From Octopus sinensis (Eukaryota), in the NCBI RefSeq assembly GCF_006345805.1, contig NC_042998.1:175832001-175896000 (forward strand): 64,000 nucleotides of DNA. The letters run 5' to 3'. A program made the position numbers and the translations under genes. The notes beneath the pieces were generated by a model. It saw nothing but the letters and a program-made list of their open reading frames with translations, was not told the DNA's origin and did no database searches. The number at the start of each line of letters is the position of its first letter. Positions within the stretch are counted from its first letter, which is position 1. Positions 63,512-64,000 of the stretch are shown piece after piece.

Positions 63512-64000
63512 TCATCATCATCTAACATCTGCTTTCCATACTGGCATGGGTTGGATGGTTTGACTAAGGACTAGCAAGCTACAAGGTTGTACCAGGCTCC
63601 AATCAGATCTAGCAAGGTTTCTACAGCAGGATGCCCTTCCTAATGCCTACCACTCAGAGTGTAGAGGGTGCTTTTTACATACCACCAGCATGAGGGCCAG
63701 TCAGATGGTACTGGCATCAACCACATGCTTTTTGTGTATCACCAGCATGGGAATCAGTCAGGCGGCACTGGCAATGCTTTTTATGTGCCATCAGCACAGG
63801 AGCCAGTCAGGCGGCACTGGCAACGACCATGCTCGAATGGTGCTTTTTATTACCACTGGCCACGACAGTGATTTCACTTGACTTAACAGGTCTTCTCAAG
63901 CACAGTTTATTGCTCAATGATTGAAGGGCCAGTTATGCTACACTGGCATAGGCCAGTTATGGTCTCACTTGACTTGCTGGATCTTCTCAAGCACAGCATA
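63512..64000 (-). mobile_element. RTE LINE 3' UTR (runs off window)
   Basis: Tail and subrepeats of the family. Confidence 0.78.

Overview
Eukaryotic, AT-rich, repeat-dense DNA. The SINE/LINE/microsatellite content resembles an octopus (coleoid cephalopod) genome; this is an inference from repeat families, not a database result. There are two real protein-coding genes, arranged divergently. (1) A complete 16-exon PYROXD2-like FAD oxidoreductase on the minus strand (ATG 48829 to TGA 6090). I assembled it by hand: all introns are GT-AG, all phases are consistent, and the CDS is 1770 nt (589 aa). The ORF track largely misses it. (2) An intronless MRPL49 on the plus strand (56152-56721). The remainder is introns and intergenic DNA filled with RTE, CR1-like and R4/Dong-like LINE fragments, three tRNA-headed SINE families, non-autonomous Helitrons, Tc1/mariner/Tigger relics and Penelope-like pieces. 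The most notable observation is two families of short repeats carrying minimal type-I hammerhead-ribozyme folds. One family has a swapped G3-C8 core pair. Both occur as divergent inverted pairs inside PYROXD2 introns. Exon coordinates are exact to my reading; most repeat boundaries are approximate.
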